Below are positions 39,031 through 52,165 of a stretch of DNA of 64,000 nucleotides, one piece after another. Made by a program: the position numbers and the translations under genes. The stretch's first letter is position 1. Each line of letters begins with the position of its first letter. The notes beneath the pieces were generated by a model. It did no database searches. It saw only the letters and a list, made by a program, of their open reading frames with translations, and was not told the DNA's origin. The DNA is from Callorhinchus milii (taxonomy: Eukaryota): contig NW_024704743.1 in the NCBI RefSeq assembly GCF_018977255.1, positions 17,424,001-17,488,000 of the forward strand, in the 5' to 3' direction.

Positions 39031-40504
39031 TCTTGTTGTTTGATTTAATCATGAATTAGTGGATACCTGGGGTGATCCATTCAAGGAGTTCAGACAATAG
39101 TTTATATCAGAAACCATGAGCTCATCATATTATGTGAACTCAGAAATGAAGTGATTATGACCTTGAAGCCCTTGAGAATATTATTTGAATAAAGCTCAAT
39201 TCTTTTTAGAAATATTCTTTCTGCTCCTGATTCACACGAGCACAGTTTCCGTGAGGGAAGGCCGAAGAACTGACTGATCAGTGCTGTACAATGTTATTCT
39301 ACAATCAAAATGACTGCTTCACTTATGATAATTTATACAGCAATTTACAGGACCTGCATTTTTATATTCTCCCCCAGCCCTATGCACTTTTCCTTGCTGG
39401 AAACATGTACCTAAGAGAATCTAGACCCCAAATTCTACCTAGACTTAGCCCTGTGGCACCATGTTGCCTATGCAATTAAGATTTAAAGTAGTGTCAAGCA
39501 CTTTGTGGTATCCCCCGCATGAAAGGCACCATATAAGTGCAAAACTTGTATTGTGTTTTGTAAGATTTTGCAGAATTGTGGAAAATTCTTAATTTCTGGC
39601 ATAATTTGCAATTTTTTTTAAGAACTGCAGGAACTTCCAAATCAAGCTGAATTCAAGTATTAATTAATTGTTGAGAGTTTGAAAAACAAAACAGTCTTGC
39701 AGGCTAACACCTGAATTTTGGGCCTTGTGTGGGCACCTGTCCCCAATGACCTGATTTATATTAAAATAAACACAGATACAAGACCACATTTCCATCTCCC
39801 AGTGAACTTTGGAGCTTTAAGGTAATTGACCACCCAAACGCTGATTTAATTTTTAATAAATCATTCTGTTGGGTCCGGAGGAGTATTTATAAATATGTGG
39901 AGCATATTTCAGCTGTAAGGTTCAGCCAGTAATTCATTACCAAATGTATTTATGTGTATATTCGAATGGTCAGTCAGAGGTGTAAATTTAATATAAGCCG
40001 TGGTTGTTCCATTCTAAGCTATGACCTGAGTCCAGAATGGGTGCTCTCAGTGAATCTATCAACATGCCAGCCTGTTAGCTAACCCGTAGTCAATATTTGT
40101 TTTGCACAGTGGTGCGTTACATCTGAGAGGAGCTACAGATATTGTTTTTACTATAATGTGAACTGTTTTTGAAGTTTGAAAATTGCAATTGACATTAGAC
40201 CCGAGTACTAGGAGTAATGTTTTTTTAATACTCAGAAGGGAGCAGTGGCAATAGCACCAGAATAGTTAATCGTTGCGTAAGTGGGATATTCTGTTTGCAG
40301 TACCTGTACAGCCTTTTGCTTGTTATATTCATGCTGCCTTTAAGCGGGAAATAAGCCACATCTCATATTGAGCATTCAGTTATTTTTGGTAACCTAGTAC
40401 CTGTGTTATAGGAATAGGACTAGGACATTCAGTGTGCCGAGCATGTTCTGCCATTTTATTAGATTGTGGTAATTTCTTAATCCCATTTCTATGCTTTTTT
40501 TCTA

Positions 40505-41222
40505 TGTAGAATCATAGAATTATACAGCACAGAAAAAGGCCATTTGGCCCATCGTGCCTGTGCCAGATCTTTGAAAAGAGCTACCCAAATCAATTCCACT
40601 CCCCCGCTCTCTCCCTATAGCCCTGCAAACTTGTCCTCCCCCAAAAAATTATCTGCTTCTCTCTTAAAAGTTGTTATCGAATCGTCTTCCACCACGCTTT
40701 CAGTCAATGCATTCCAGATCTGAACAACTTGCTAGGTGAAAAAAATTCTGCCACCTTCAAAGATTTACTTATATGAACCCCCAGATCTCTCTGTTCCTTC
40801 ATCCCATTTAAGATTGTACCATTAGCTTATATTGCCTCTCCTCATTCTTCCTTCCAAAATGCATCACTTCGCATTTCTCCACATTAAACTTCATCTGCCA
40901 CCTGTCTGCCCATTTTACCAGTCTGTCTATGTTCATCTGCAGTCTACGACTATCCTCCTCATTGTTTATTACTTTTCCTAGCTTAGTATCATCTGCAAAC
41001 CTGGAAATTATACTCACGTTATCGAAGTTCAGGTCATTTATATAGATCAAAAACAGCAGTGGTCCCAATTCCGACCCCTGGGGGACACCACTGCACACTT
41101 CCCTCCAGTCAGAAAAACAACCGTTCACGACCACTCTCTGCTTTCTGTCTCCCAGCCAGTTCGGTATCCATGCTGCCACTGTCCCTTTAATACCGTGGGC
41201 TTCTATTTTGCTTACATCTCTT
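40505..41222 (-). mobile_element. CR1 LINE with an RT fragment and 3' end
   Basis: ORF 40808..41179: WIPNWLGDRKQRVVVNGCFSDW..SGVPQGSELGPLLFLIYINDL..FADDTKLG..WQMKFNVEKCEVMHFG. The tail is agaatcatagaat. Confidence 0.93.
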
Positions 41223-44159
41223 AAGTCAGGGCACCGCGGTCTATACTCTTGTCCCTCTGCTTTAAACCAGTTGTGGGAAAATGGCCAACTTCCAGGTCAG
41301 GTTACACTGATGTCATTTTGTATATACAAAACATCACTTGAATGGTTTTCTGTAATTAGTAACCCTTCCTGTACATAGCTCACAATAATAAGAATAACCT
41401 TTACATTTGATATAGCGCCTTATCACGTCTTTGAGACGTCTCAAAGCGCTTCACCGAATATATTGTAAAGTGAATTGACTGTATTTTTTGGGCATAATTG
41501 CAGGAAGTGACTTCAGCGGTGACCCAATGACCTAGAAGGAAAATCTTGTAATATGGGAAGCTGGCTGGAAGCTGGCAGTCAGATTGGTGCAGTAAATCAC
41601 TGCTGTAAACAAACTCATGTACGTTGTGGAATTCTAAAGAGTCTAGTCATAGAAAATGAAGGCGTGGCAGTGCTTCACCTTAATTTTTACGAAAGCACGT
41701 AGTAGCGAGAAACTGAGTGTATGATAGAAGAATGTGCAGAAGGTGGAAAGAATAACTATAGGAAATGATACTAATCAAACTGATGGAACTCAAAGTGGAC
41801 ATGTCCCCAGAGTCTGATAGCTCAGAATGCTGAGGGAAGTCTGGGAAGTAGATGCCCCAATCTCTTGAACATCCTTGGATATGAAAGTATGCTTTCATGA
41901 TCATCATGATGATGTGATGAACTCCCTGAACTGAAAATCATGCTACAAATGATTTTCAAAAGAATATCATTTAAAATGTAATCAGTGCTGAGGAGTTAGC
42001 AGTTGAAACCCCCCACACAAAAGATCAAATCTTGACATTTATTGCATTTATCTGCTCCCTTGGGATGATTTTAAGCCATGATTTGTTCCGAGGGAGCCTT
42101 AAAGATTTCTTCCCATTTCTTCCGCCATCCAGTCAAGATGTGATAAAATTGGTTATTCACTTTGTGGCTTTTTGCAAGACATTGCAGTGCGTAAAATAGC
42201 TGCTGCATTTGCCGACAGAATATACCATCAGCGTACTTTACAGTATATCCTGTGAAGCACTTTGAAAAGTGTTATATCAAATATGGATGATTTTTTGTAA
42301 TTGTTATTTATTGTTAATCATAATAGTTTATACTAGCTGTACCCATTGCAGCTTCGCGAAAGTGAATGTTGTTACCTACGCAAACTTGGCAGCTAATCTC
42401 CACCAAAAATGTTCAATAATAACAATTGCAATGAATCATTAATGTATTTGAATTTAAGGGTAAATATGGATGAGGAAACCTATATAGTCAGTATAATGGG
42501 TAACTTGGAGTCAATCTTCATAGATTTCTTTGAAATAGCATTCCTCTATGTTCACCAGAATCTTAAGGCACGCAGAACCTACAATTAATCAAGCAATCAA
42601 AAATTGGGAGTAATATTCTGAAAATAAAAAATAAAATTGTGTAGAAAATAGTGATATGATCCTTGCATTTGATATAATGGAACATCTCCAAGTGCTTCAC
42701 AGGAATTACTGTAAAGTGTAGTGTCTGTGTATTTGTGGGCAAACACAACAATCAGATGTAAAGATTATTATAATATATGAGCAACGCTGAAACCTACTGT
42801 GCATCTCCACAAGATTTATGCTGTCACTTTAAATGTTGTCAGCACCATTGCTTTGGATTAATCCATGGTAGCAACTCTGCACCACAATTTGGTTCCTAAT
42901 GTGTATTTTTTTTCTTGTTGGCACAGATCTGTAGGTATTTTGTTGTAAAGGGTCTGCAGATTTAGGGCTGAACTGACCTTCCCTGGCATTGTGTTGAAAT
43001 TGAAACTTAGACTGGCAGTGATACTGCACACCTTCGAGCTTGGCTTTACCTGGTTCACGCATGTGGAAACCAAATCCCATACTTAAGAATATCCAAACCA
43101 AACTGAGTTCCACATCTATTTCCCATCTTGGAGATTTCTTTGAAATAGCAAAGGCAATTTGTCCATGGAAATCACAAGTCAGCTGGAACCTAAGAATAAC
43201 TCAACCAAAAACTGATAAAAATTGGCTTTACCTGCATTCAGGTAGAAGACTATAATTGAGAATTTTGGATGGTACAATTTACTGTGATCCGTGTAGAGAC
43301 TAGGAGGATTCATAGAAATTACTGCACAGAAGGAGACCTATGGCCCATCGAGCCCATGCTGGAGCCTTTCTATGTTGAGGCCTCTATAGTGACTAACGTG
43401 GTAATACTGTTAGCTCTGCTCATCCCAGAGCATTGCTGCTTCTGCAAGACACCCTGGCTAGAGATCCAATTGGAAAACCCTCTCAGATCCAATGAAGAGA
43501 TTTGAAATCCAAGCAGTATACAGAATGTTAAAGATTTCAACAGTTGCAGTGCTGCAGTTCATATTGAAGTTGGGATTTTTTTTCAATTCTGGATGTGTCA
43601 TTTCAGCAGAATAATATGTTAGGCACTTACTTAAAATGTATTGTACCCTTGCAGTCTATTTCCACTCTGATGTGCTGTGGTTGATCCTGTATTTTGTGAC
43701 TTCAGTGAGTGGAGTGTAAACATACTGAATTAAATTGTATTTGCTGTAATTTACTGTATCAAAATGTCAATTTTAGTCTTTTATAAATGAAAGGTCTATA
43801 TGCAGAAATATGAAGTGAAACCTATCAAGCTACTATGAATTAAGTCTCAATTAAACTACACGTTTTTTTCCCATCGTTCTATATTTGCTCAATTTCCCTT
43901 GTTCAGTTATTAATTTGTATTAAGGATATTTTAAGGGGCCCTCCCTTTATGTAATAGGTTAAGACAAGAAGTTGCCAATAGGTGGGAAAGCATTTTACTC
44001 TTGCTGTAAAGACACATTCAGAAGTGAAAAAAAATGTTCAACTTCAACACAAGATGCAGTATTGTCTGATGAAATATTTAGTAATAATCCCCACGTCAGA
44101 ACTTTGAACTTGTAGTATAGGCTGACACTCCAATACAGTGCTGGAGAGAGCACTACATT

Positions 44160-44710
44160 ACAATAGAAAATTACATTTCACGAGGACGCCCGAAAGCGCT
44201 GTACCGTCAGAGATTTGGACCTGAGCTGTGGATCGGGGAGGGTGGAGGGCAGGGAGGGTTGGAGGGTGGCCAAAGGCTCAGTCGAAGTGGAGGGTTTTGA
44301 GCCATGCCTTGAAGGAGGCAAGGGTGGTGGGTGGGAGCGAGGTGAAGGGAATGTGGGATGGAGATCCAAAGGGTGGGGGCAGAAAGGCTGAAGGCCCGAC
44401 CACCAATGGTTGGGCGGGCTTGGCGGATGACGTGGAGCAGGCTGATATGGGGTCAGCAGGTCGCAGAGGTAGGAAGGAGCAAGGTCGGGGAGGGCCTTGA
44501 AGGCGAGGATGAGGATTTTGAACTCTATCCTCTGAGGGATGGAGAGCCATTGGAGCCGGGCGAGGGTGGCGGTGATGAGGTCACAGAACCTGGTGCGGGG
44601 ACACGAGCTGCAGAGTTCTGGATGATCTGCATCTTGTGGAGGGAAGAGTTGGGAAGGCCGACAAGTAGGGAATTGGCGTAGTCAAGCCTAGCTGTGATGA
44701 ATGCATGGAT
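44160..44710 (-). mobile_element. L2 LINE 3' fragment
   Basis: Reverse complement reads RLDYANSLLVGLP..IIQNSAA..QRIEFKIL..SFKAWLKTL. Confidence 0.9.
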
Positions 44711-44749
44711 TGTCAGTGGCTGTGCCCTTCAACTGAGACATTAAATCTG

Positions 44750-45525
44750 CTGTCCTGACAGACTGCCTGTCAGACATCAAGTCCTGGATGAAGGCAAACT
44801 TCCTACAGTTGAATGTGAATGCTTACACTTCCTCTTGACACTTCCTCAAGCCATGACCCGCTCTGCCTTCCCTCACCTCTGTAACGTCGCCCGACTCCGC
44901 CACTACCTCACCCCTCAGGCCGCTGAAACTCTTGTTCATGTCTTCATCACCTCCAGGCTCGACTATGCAAACGCTCTGCTTGTCGGCCTTCCCAACTCCT
45001 CCCTCCTGCAGATAATCCAGAACTCTGCAGCCCATGTCCTCTCCCGCACCAAACTCTGTGACCCCATCTCGCCCATTGTCGCCCGACTCCATTGGCTCCC
45101 TATCCTTCAGAGGATCCAGTTCAAAATCATGGTCCTCATTTACAAAGCCCACAATGGTCTCGCCCCACCCTATCTCTGTGACCTCCTAACCCCCTACCAA
45201 CCCGCCCGCTCCCTTCACTCAGCCGGCTCTGGCCTGCTCCACGTCCCCCAACCCACCCGCCCCACCATTGGCGGGAGAGCCTTCAGCCACTCTGCCTCCA
45301 ACCTCTGGAATTCTATCCCCCAATCACGCCACATCACCCCCTCCTTAGCCTCCTTCAAGTCCCGCCTCAAAACCCTCCTCTTCAACCATGCCATTGGTCA
45401 CCCCCCTTCCCCTCCCCTCCCTTCTCCCCCCTGACCCCAGCTCGGGTCTGAAATGCTGTACACTGTCCAGTACCTTGGGACGTCCTCACGACTTGAAAGG
45501 CGCTATACAAATGTAATCTTGTTGT
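44750..45525 (+). mobile_element. L2 LINE 3' fragment with an unbroken 199-codon ORF2 C-terminus
   Basis: ORF 44835..45434: AETLVHVFITSRLDYANALLVGLP..LHWLPILQRIQFKI..GGRAFSHSASNLWNSIP..FKSRLKTLLF. Confidence 0.95.
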
Positions 45526-45909
45526 TCAGCTGGTTCAAGACACTATTCAAAAAGAAAAGGGAGTTTTGCCTTGTGTCTTGGCCAACAATCCCCCAAATAA
45601 AATTGGTCACTCACTTCATGGCGCTCATGGACATTGTTAGATGCTAATTGGCTGCTACATTTGCTTTCAAATATACACTTGTTATACTTCTCAGTAAATC
45701 CTTTTGCACAACATTTTCTATGATACAATCTATTTGCTTTCAAAGCTCAAGCTTGGCATCTCTGTGGTCTATTTTGTTAAGTTTGTTACATGGGAATCAT
45801 GTAATTTGTTGGCACGAATTGCTTGTACAGTACATTACAAAGGAGAAGTGGTTATAGAACTCAGTTTTAAGCCAGTGAAGCACACCAGTCTTGTGAGAAG
45901 TCTTGTGAG

Positions 45910-46245
45910 ACTTAAAGGGGACCTTGTAGCCTTGTATAGAAAATTGAATGGGATTTAAAAGAGTAAACCCAGAACAATACTTTAGGATGCCCTAAAACAG
46001 TAGATCATGAGGACATAGCCTCAGGGTTACAAATGGCAATTTCAGGACAGACACCAAAAATATTTTTTTTGACCCAGAGAATAATTAACTGGAACAGACT
46101 GCCAGGAAGGGTGGTTGAGGCCAGGACACTGGACTGATTTAAGAAGCAGTTTGATGTTTTGATAAGAAGACCATAGATTGGGTATTCTGGAAGGATGAGA
46201 TCAAATGGACCCAAGGCCATTTTTTATCTGAATCAATCTTGTGAT
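45910..46245 (+). mobile_element. CR1 LINE 3' end
   Basis: RLKGDLVALYRKLNG; homologous to 30210-30600. Confidence 0.8.
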
Positions 46246-47796
46246 GTACGTTCACACTTCATTGAAGAGCTAATTAAAATTCATCTACTTTCAAGAAGAT
46301 TTATAATGTAATTTTCGATTGGGCATCTTCCCCGAGGATGTGAATGGAAAGAAAACAGTCAAGTGGCCAGTTTGCCCACCAGCTGAGTGATCATGGCTGA
46401 CAGTGATATCGCTTGTCTGAAAGTAACAGTTAAGGCGTTCAAAAAGACAGATGCAATTGTAGTTTTTTTTTAACTGTATTGAGGGGAAATTGCAGGAGCT
46501 TTCTGCTCATTGTCCAAGGGAAATGTGCAGTATTATACAACCCGACACAAGAACATATAATAAGTGAAAAAATCTACCTCCGAGATACTCATCATTCGTT
46601 CACTAGTTGGAAAAGTTTGGAGTCTTGTTCCAAAGGCATCAACTGCTGTGAATTGTTTACTGTTTCAGAGCTCATTTACTATGCTAACTTATTCAGATTT
46701 AAGATGTGAAGATTGATTCGATTTGGGCAAATAGCTTCTACTGGAAAATATGATTGTAGTATGTTGACTAATTACCCACGTTTCAGCAAGAGCAGCAATT
46801 GGAAAGTTTACTTCTGGGATAGCGGTTCCGAAGGTGTAGTGCGGAGCTGCAGTTTACCATCTGTGCTGAGTTTGCTAGGCTCAGCCATGGTAGCGTGGGG
46901 TGGGGGGTAAATTGGTCCCTGTATTCCCAGGGTTAGAGAGGGGAAAACCAGCCAGGATTTCTGCTTCTGTTCCCACTACAGCTGATAGTACACAGTGTGA
47001 CAATCGAATGAGGGCTGGAGGGCTCAGCCTTGATGCCCTCCATTGTCAAGTGGCCTACGCTTAAAACAGGAAACCTTTTTTATTTACCGTGAAGTCAGAA
47101 ACGATGGAGGAACAATGGAACAATAAATTAAATTAAATTAAATTTCAGTTGAATTTCAACCAAATCCATTGAGGTGTCCACGATACACAAAGAGGTTACA
47201 ATATCACAATGTCTACAGTACAAGACTAGTCTGTGTTCAATCATGGTTTAGAATTTCATACTTGCATAAGTGCCCAAGAAAGTACATGGTCTTCAGAACA
47301 GAATTGTGTGAAATCGAAACCGAATGTGAGGTCTTTTAGTCCTGGCTTCGGGCATGTTTCAGAGAAGATATAACCATTCAGGCATACAGTACAATCAAAA
47401 GAGCTATCAGATGCAAAAGATTGCTCTCAGCTGTAATCTCTTGAACTCAGTGGTGATGAGGATCTTTGGAACATAATGACTTGTAATGGCCCAGATATAA
47501 CTTTTATAGGTATGAAATCCTGAAGAGGTTAGAAGGGAGTTATTGGGAATGAAGCAATTGCCTTTACCCACTCCTAAAGCTCCAAATTACAATAAATGGG
47601 ACAGCAGGAGCTACCCGTAAGTAAAGCGAGGCCTTTGCTGTCTTTGTTCTAGTGAAGTTTTGATTGGGACCTTAGGGTGGATAGGGAAAGTCTCTGCTTC
47701 ATGCTAAGTGGAGGTTAGAATGTTTTTATGTACAGAGATTGTGGAATTCTAACCCTTTCCCCCCGATTGCGATTGCAGCCACAAGGCATTTTACTG

Positions 47797-48035
47797 TTAG
47801 CTTAGCTCAGTCGGTAGCACTCTCATTTCTGAGTCAGGAAGTCGTGGGATCAAGGTCCACGTCAGGCCTTTGAGGCTGACACTCCATTGCAATACGAAGG
47901 GTGAGCTGCATTCTCAGAAGTGCAGTCCTTCAGATGAGATATTAAACTAAGATCCTGGCTGTAACATCAGGTAGACGTTAAAGTTTTCACAACACTGTTG
48001 AAAAAGAGAAGAGCCTTGCAAGGCTGAGCAACAAT
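47797..48035 (+). mobile_element. tRNA-headed Deu-domain SINE (SacSINE1-like)
   Basis: tagctcagtcggtagcactctc..tctgagtcag..ggctgacactcc..gatgagatattaaac..caggtagacgttaaag. Confidence 0.7.
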
Positions 48036-49139
48036 AGGACTTGTATTTCTGCTCATTGGGCTTAGATGTATATTTCAGTTATGATGGCAGATTTTTTCAT
48101 TCCCATTAAACTTTGACAAGTACTTACTAACTTCATATATACTTACTGTCCTGGCTTCACTGCATGATACTATTATGATGCAGATATGTACATTAAATGT
48201 TCTGGAACGTTACCATATGCAAGGGGGAGTATATAAATGCAAATTGTTGTTGTTATTTAACTGGTCCATTGTCTTGTATGCCTAAAATAATCTAGATTGG
48301 GAGTATTTTATATCCAAAGAAAAGGATTCCAGAATTCACTGTGATTTTTTTTCATTAATGTCTAAATGCTTTTTTGAGGCCATTTGAAATGGTCATCCCA
48401 TGGCCCATTTTCCCAACCTACATTTTAGACCTAATGTGTCCTACTATACTTATCCTCATTGAGGATTACATGTTTAATATTCCTTTCAAATATTAATTGT
48501 TGTTTTACAATTTTATATGATGCAAACCGTACAATTGTTCTGAGATAAAGTATGTTGTTGCATTGAACAGAACTGCCTATTTTGCAATCCTTGTGGAGTT
48601 ATTTTCTAAGTTTAATCAGACGCATAACTGAATGCCAAGGTTTAAATTGTATATTCAAAATGTTGTTTTTAAATACAGTAAACTTCTGATGAATTGTCAT
48701 TCCAAGGGAAAAGAGCCCAATGACTATTTATTGCTCCACTCTGCCTGACAGGAGGCAGGATGAGGGGCTGCGATTGGTGAATCACAGTCAGTCAGCCAGT
48801 GGGCGGGCTATGGGCAATGTCTGGCTATTTGGCTATTGAGTCCGGGGTGGGGGCTGGGATGAAGTGGACTGGATTCATAAATGAATACTTCGTAAGGCCT
48901 CTGATAGTGAGAGTTCACTTTCGGTCCTGCCTGATCTTTCAGGTCAATTAAACATTGAGTGTAATTGCCAAAAAATTACAAATGTGTTTAGGTAAGTATT
49001 AAGCACAGTGACTAATAAAGCGGATCCCTAATTAGCATTTTGTATTGGAAGTGCCAGGATATTGACAGCATGGCTTTTTAAGTGGTAGTGACTACTTAAG
49101 ACAGTGTTTTAATATCTAGAGTTTATTATACCCATATTT

Positions 49140-49462
49140 AATAATAATAATAATAATCCTTGCATTTGATATAGCGCTTTTCACGTCGGGAGGAAGTCCC
49201 AAAGCGCTTCACAGAACACACTGTAAAGTGAATTGACTGTATATTTGTGGGCGAACGCGGCAGCCAATTGCGCACAGCAATGTCCCACAAACAGTCGTAG
49301 ATTGAAAATGCCCAATTTATTATTGTTTTTTTTGTTTTTTGGAGGGATTATTATTAGGCGTGTGGAGTAAGGAAACTTGCCCAAGGTTTCGCCCTGCCTG
49401 GAATTGAACTCAGGTCTCTCGCTTGCAAAGCGAGTGCTCTAACCACTGAGCTACAGGACTCC
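49140..49462 (-). mobile_element. tRNA-Ala-derived SINE with the best-preserved head and an internal deletion
   Basis: Reverse-complement head ggagtcctgtagctcagtggttagagcactcgctTTGCaagcgagagacctgagttcaattcc has an A box, a B box and stem ctcgc/gcgag around loop tttgcaa (anticodon TGC). Confidence 0.93.
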
Positions 49463-49504
49463 ACGTGATATTTCCTATCACTTGCACTGTATTGTTGGTT
49501 ATGC

Positions 49505-51183
49505 TTCCATTGGTACAGTTCCCACCCCTTTAAAAACGTCCGTCGTCACTCCTATTCTTAAAAAACCCTCCCTGGACCCATTCCTGCTCTCAAACTACCC
49601 TTCCCCCCATCTTCAACCTCTCTTTCCTCTCCAAGGTCCCGGAATGAGTCGTTGCTTCCCAACTTCACTCCTTCCTCTCCCGCCACTCCCTTCACAAACT
49701 CTTCCAATTGGGTTTCCTTGTCGCCCACAGCACAGAAACAGCCCCGGTCAAAGTGACAAATGATATTCTGTCCATCTGCGACCAGGGCTCCCTCTGCCTC
49801 CTTGTACTCCTTGACCTCTCTGCTGCTTCCTTCACAGTTCTGTCCTTTTTCTCTTTGACCGTGCCTTCAGCTCCCCTCTCGACTCTCTTCCTCCTCCTCG
49901 CTCCCTCCCTTCCCTCCCCTCACCCTGACCATTTCCCCCCTCCTCTCTCCCTCCCTTCCCTCCCCTCACCCTGACCATTTCCCCCCTGCTCGGGTCATGA
50001 CCCAACTGTGCAGCGCCTTGGGACGTCCTCCTGATGTGAAAGGCGCTCTATAAATGGAATCTTGTTGTTGTTGTTGTTGAATGGTTCAGATCCTACCTCT
50101 CACACCGCCTCCACTTCATCTCCACAAATGGTTTCTCCTCTAGCCGTCTCATGTGGCATTCTTCAGGGCTCTGTCCTTGGTCCCCTCCTCTTCAACCCCT
50201 GTATGCTCCCTCTTGGTGACATCATCCTGAGACATGGGATCAACTTCCACATGTATGCGGATGATACCCAACTCTACCTCTCTGCCCTTGACTCCAGGAC
50301 CACTGCTGTCCTGACAGAATATCTGTCAGACATCGAGTCCTGGATGAGAGTTAACTTTCTTCAGTTGAACGTCAACAAGACCGAGGCTCTCCTGATTGGC
50401 TCTCGTCAGCGCCTCCTCACCTCAGGCGCTGACAGCATCACCAGCCAAGGATGCACACGCCACCTTACTAAGCCAGTCTGGAACCTTGGCATCACGTTTG
50501 ACCCTCAACCTACCCCACGCCATGACCCACTCTGCCTTTCCCCTCCTCCGCAACATTGTCTGGCTCCTCCACTGTCTCACACCGCAGACCACTGAAAACC
50601 TCATACATGCATTCATAACATCCAGGCTTGACTATGCAAACTCCCTGCATGTCGGCCTCCCCAACTCCTCCATCCATAAGCTGCAGATCATCCAGAACTC
50701 TGCCCGCACCAGGCTCCGTGACTCTATCACCCCCATCCTCGCCTGACTCTTCTGGCTTCCCTTCACTCAGAGGATACAGTTCAAAATCCTGGTCCTCACC
50801 TTCAAAGCCCTCCAAGGCCTTGAACCCCCCTACCTCTCCGACGACCTAACCCCCTACCATCCTGCTCGCTCCACTCAGCGGGCTCCGGTCTGCTTCATGT
50901 CTCCCGCCTTCTGCCACTCTGCCCCTACCCTCTGGAACTCCATCTCGCAGTCCCTCCACCTCGCCCCCTCCCTTGCCACCTTCAAGACCCATTTCAAGAC
51001 CCTCCTTTTCGACTGTGCTTTCGATCACCCTGCTCCCCCTCCTGCTCTCCACCCTCCCCAATTCTGACCCCCAGCTCGGGTCTGAAACACTGACTGTCCA
51101 AGCTTTGGGACGTCCTCCCAATGTGAAAGGCACCATACAAATGTAATTTTGTTGTTGTTTTTGTTGTTGTTTTGTTGTTGTTC
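49505..51183 (+). mobile_element. L2 LINE (about 1.4 kb) containing a nested young L2 3' end at about 49848-50078
   Basis: VVTPILKKPSLDP, HSTETAPVKVTNDIL..LLDLSAA and [21 protein letters not shown]; two separate (ttg)n tails. Confidence 0.93.
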
Positions 51184-51675
51184 TTATCACTTAATATTTA
51201 TAAAATGGTATTGGAGTTAATCGTTGGTTGGTTTGTTGCAAAATCTATTCAGTTGCTGAACATTAATATTCTCACACCTGCCTGGAATGCTGAAAAACAT
51301 CTGTTTACCCACTCCTTCCTCAAGTAGACTTGCTGAGGGCTTTTTACTATTACAATTGTGAGTTATTTTGAGACCGCCTGTTAGAAAATGATTGCGCTCT
51401 GTAGCCCATCTGTCTGCATATGTGTGATTAGTCCCACAGCAAGAGAACGTGCATTCAATTTCAATACACGTGAATTTCCATGTGTAGGTGGGATGCGTTG
51501 AACTCTGGTTTGAATACTCTTAAGCATGGCAGTGGGTTTCTGTGTGTGTTAATACAACCTCGCTGGGGAAAAAATATATATATTCCCAAGGAACTATCAT
51601 ACATTCGCCTACAAATTGCTCTGCGGAAATTGTTCTGCCACATTCGCAAACAAAATACATTCAGTTTACAATTAA

Positions 51676-52165
51676 TCTGTGGGACACTGCTGTGCGCAAT
51701 TGGCTGCCCCGTTTTGTCCACAAATATACAAGTAAATTCATTTTACAGTATATTCTGTGAAGCGCTTCGGGACATCTCGAAGATGTGAAAAGTGCGATAT
51801 CAAATGCAAGGATTATTATTATCATTTTTACAAATAATAATAATAATCCTTGCATTTGATATAGCGCCTTATCATGTCTTTGAGACATCTCAAAGCACTT
51901 CACAGGATATACTGTAAAGTGAATTGACTATATGTTGTGGACGAAACGGGGCAGCCAATTGCGCACAGCAGTGTCCCACAAATAATTGTAGATTGAGTGA
52001 CTAAATTATTATTTATTTATTGGAAGGGATTATTATCCCCGGAAAAGTGATTCGCCTGTCGACTAACAACCGGATCCCTACTTATTGCTAGGTAAAAAGA
52101 GGTATGTGTGGAGTAAGGAAACTTGCCCAATGTTTTGCGCTGCCAGGAATTAAACGCAGGTCTCT
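51676..52165. mobile_element. Tail-to-tail pair of SINEs: 51676-51822 (+) and 51833-52165 (-)
   Basis: ..tcaaatgcaagg(att)n cattttta c(aat)nccttgcatttga.. Confidence 0.92.

Noticed and set aside
44835..45434. 199-aa ORF, and other long ORFs such as 3638..4324, 7719..8510, 50062..50595 and 40808..41179, as host genes
   Set aside because: All are L2 or CR1 ORF2 fragments in 5'-truncated copies with LINE tails. No intact endonuclease-RT is present.
49385..49462. tRNA-Ala-like sequence (also at 29421, 59958 and 14278)
   Set aside because: These are SINE heads. There is no acceptor-stem pairing, and each runs directly into the SINE body and tail.
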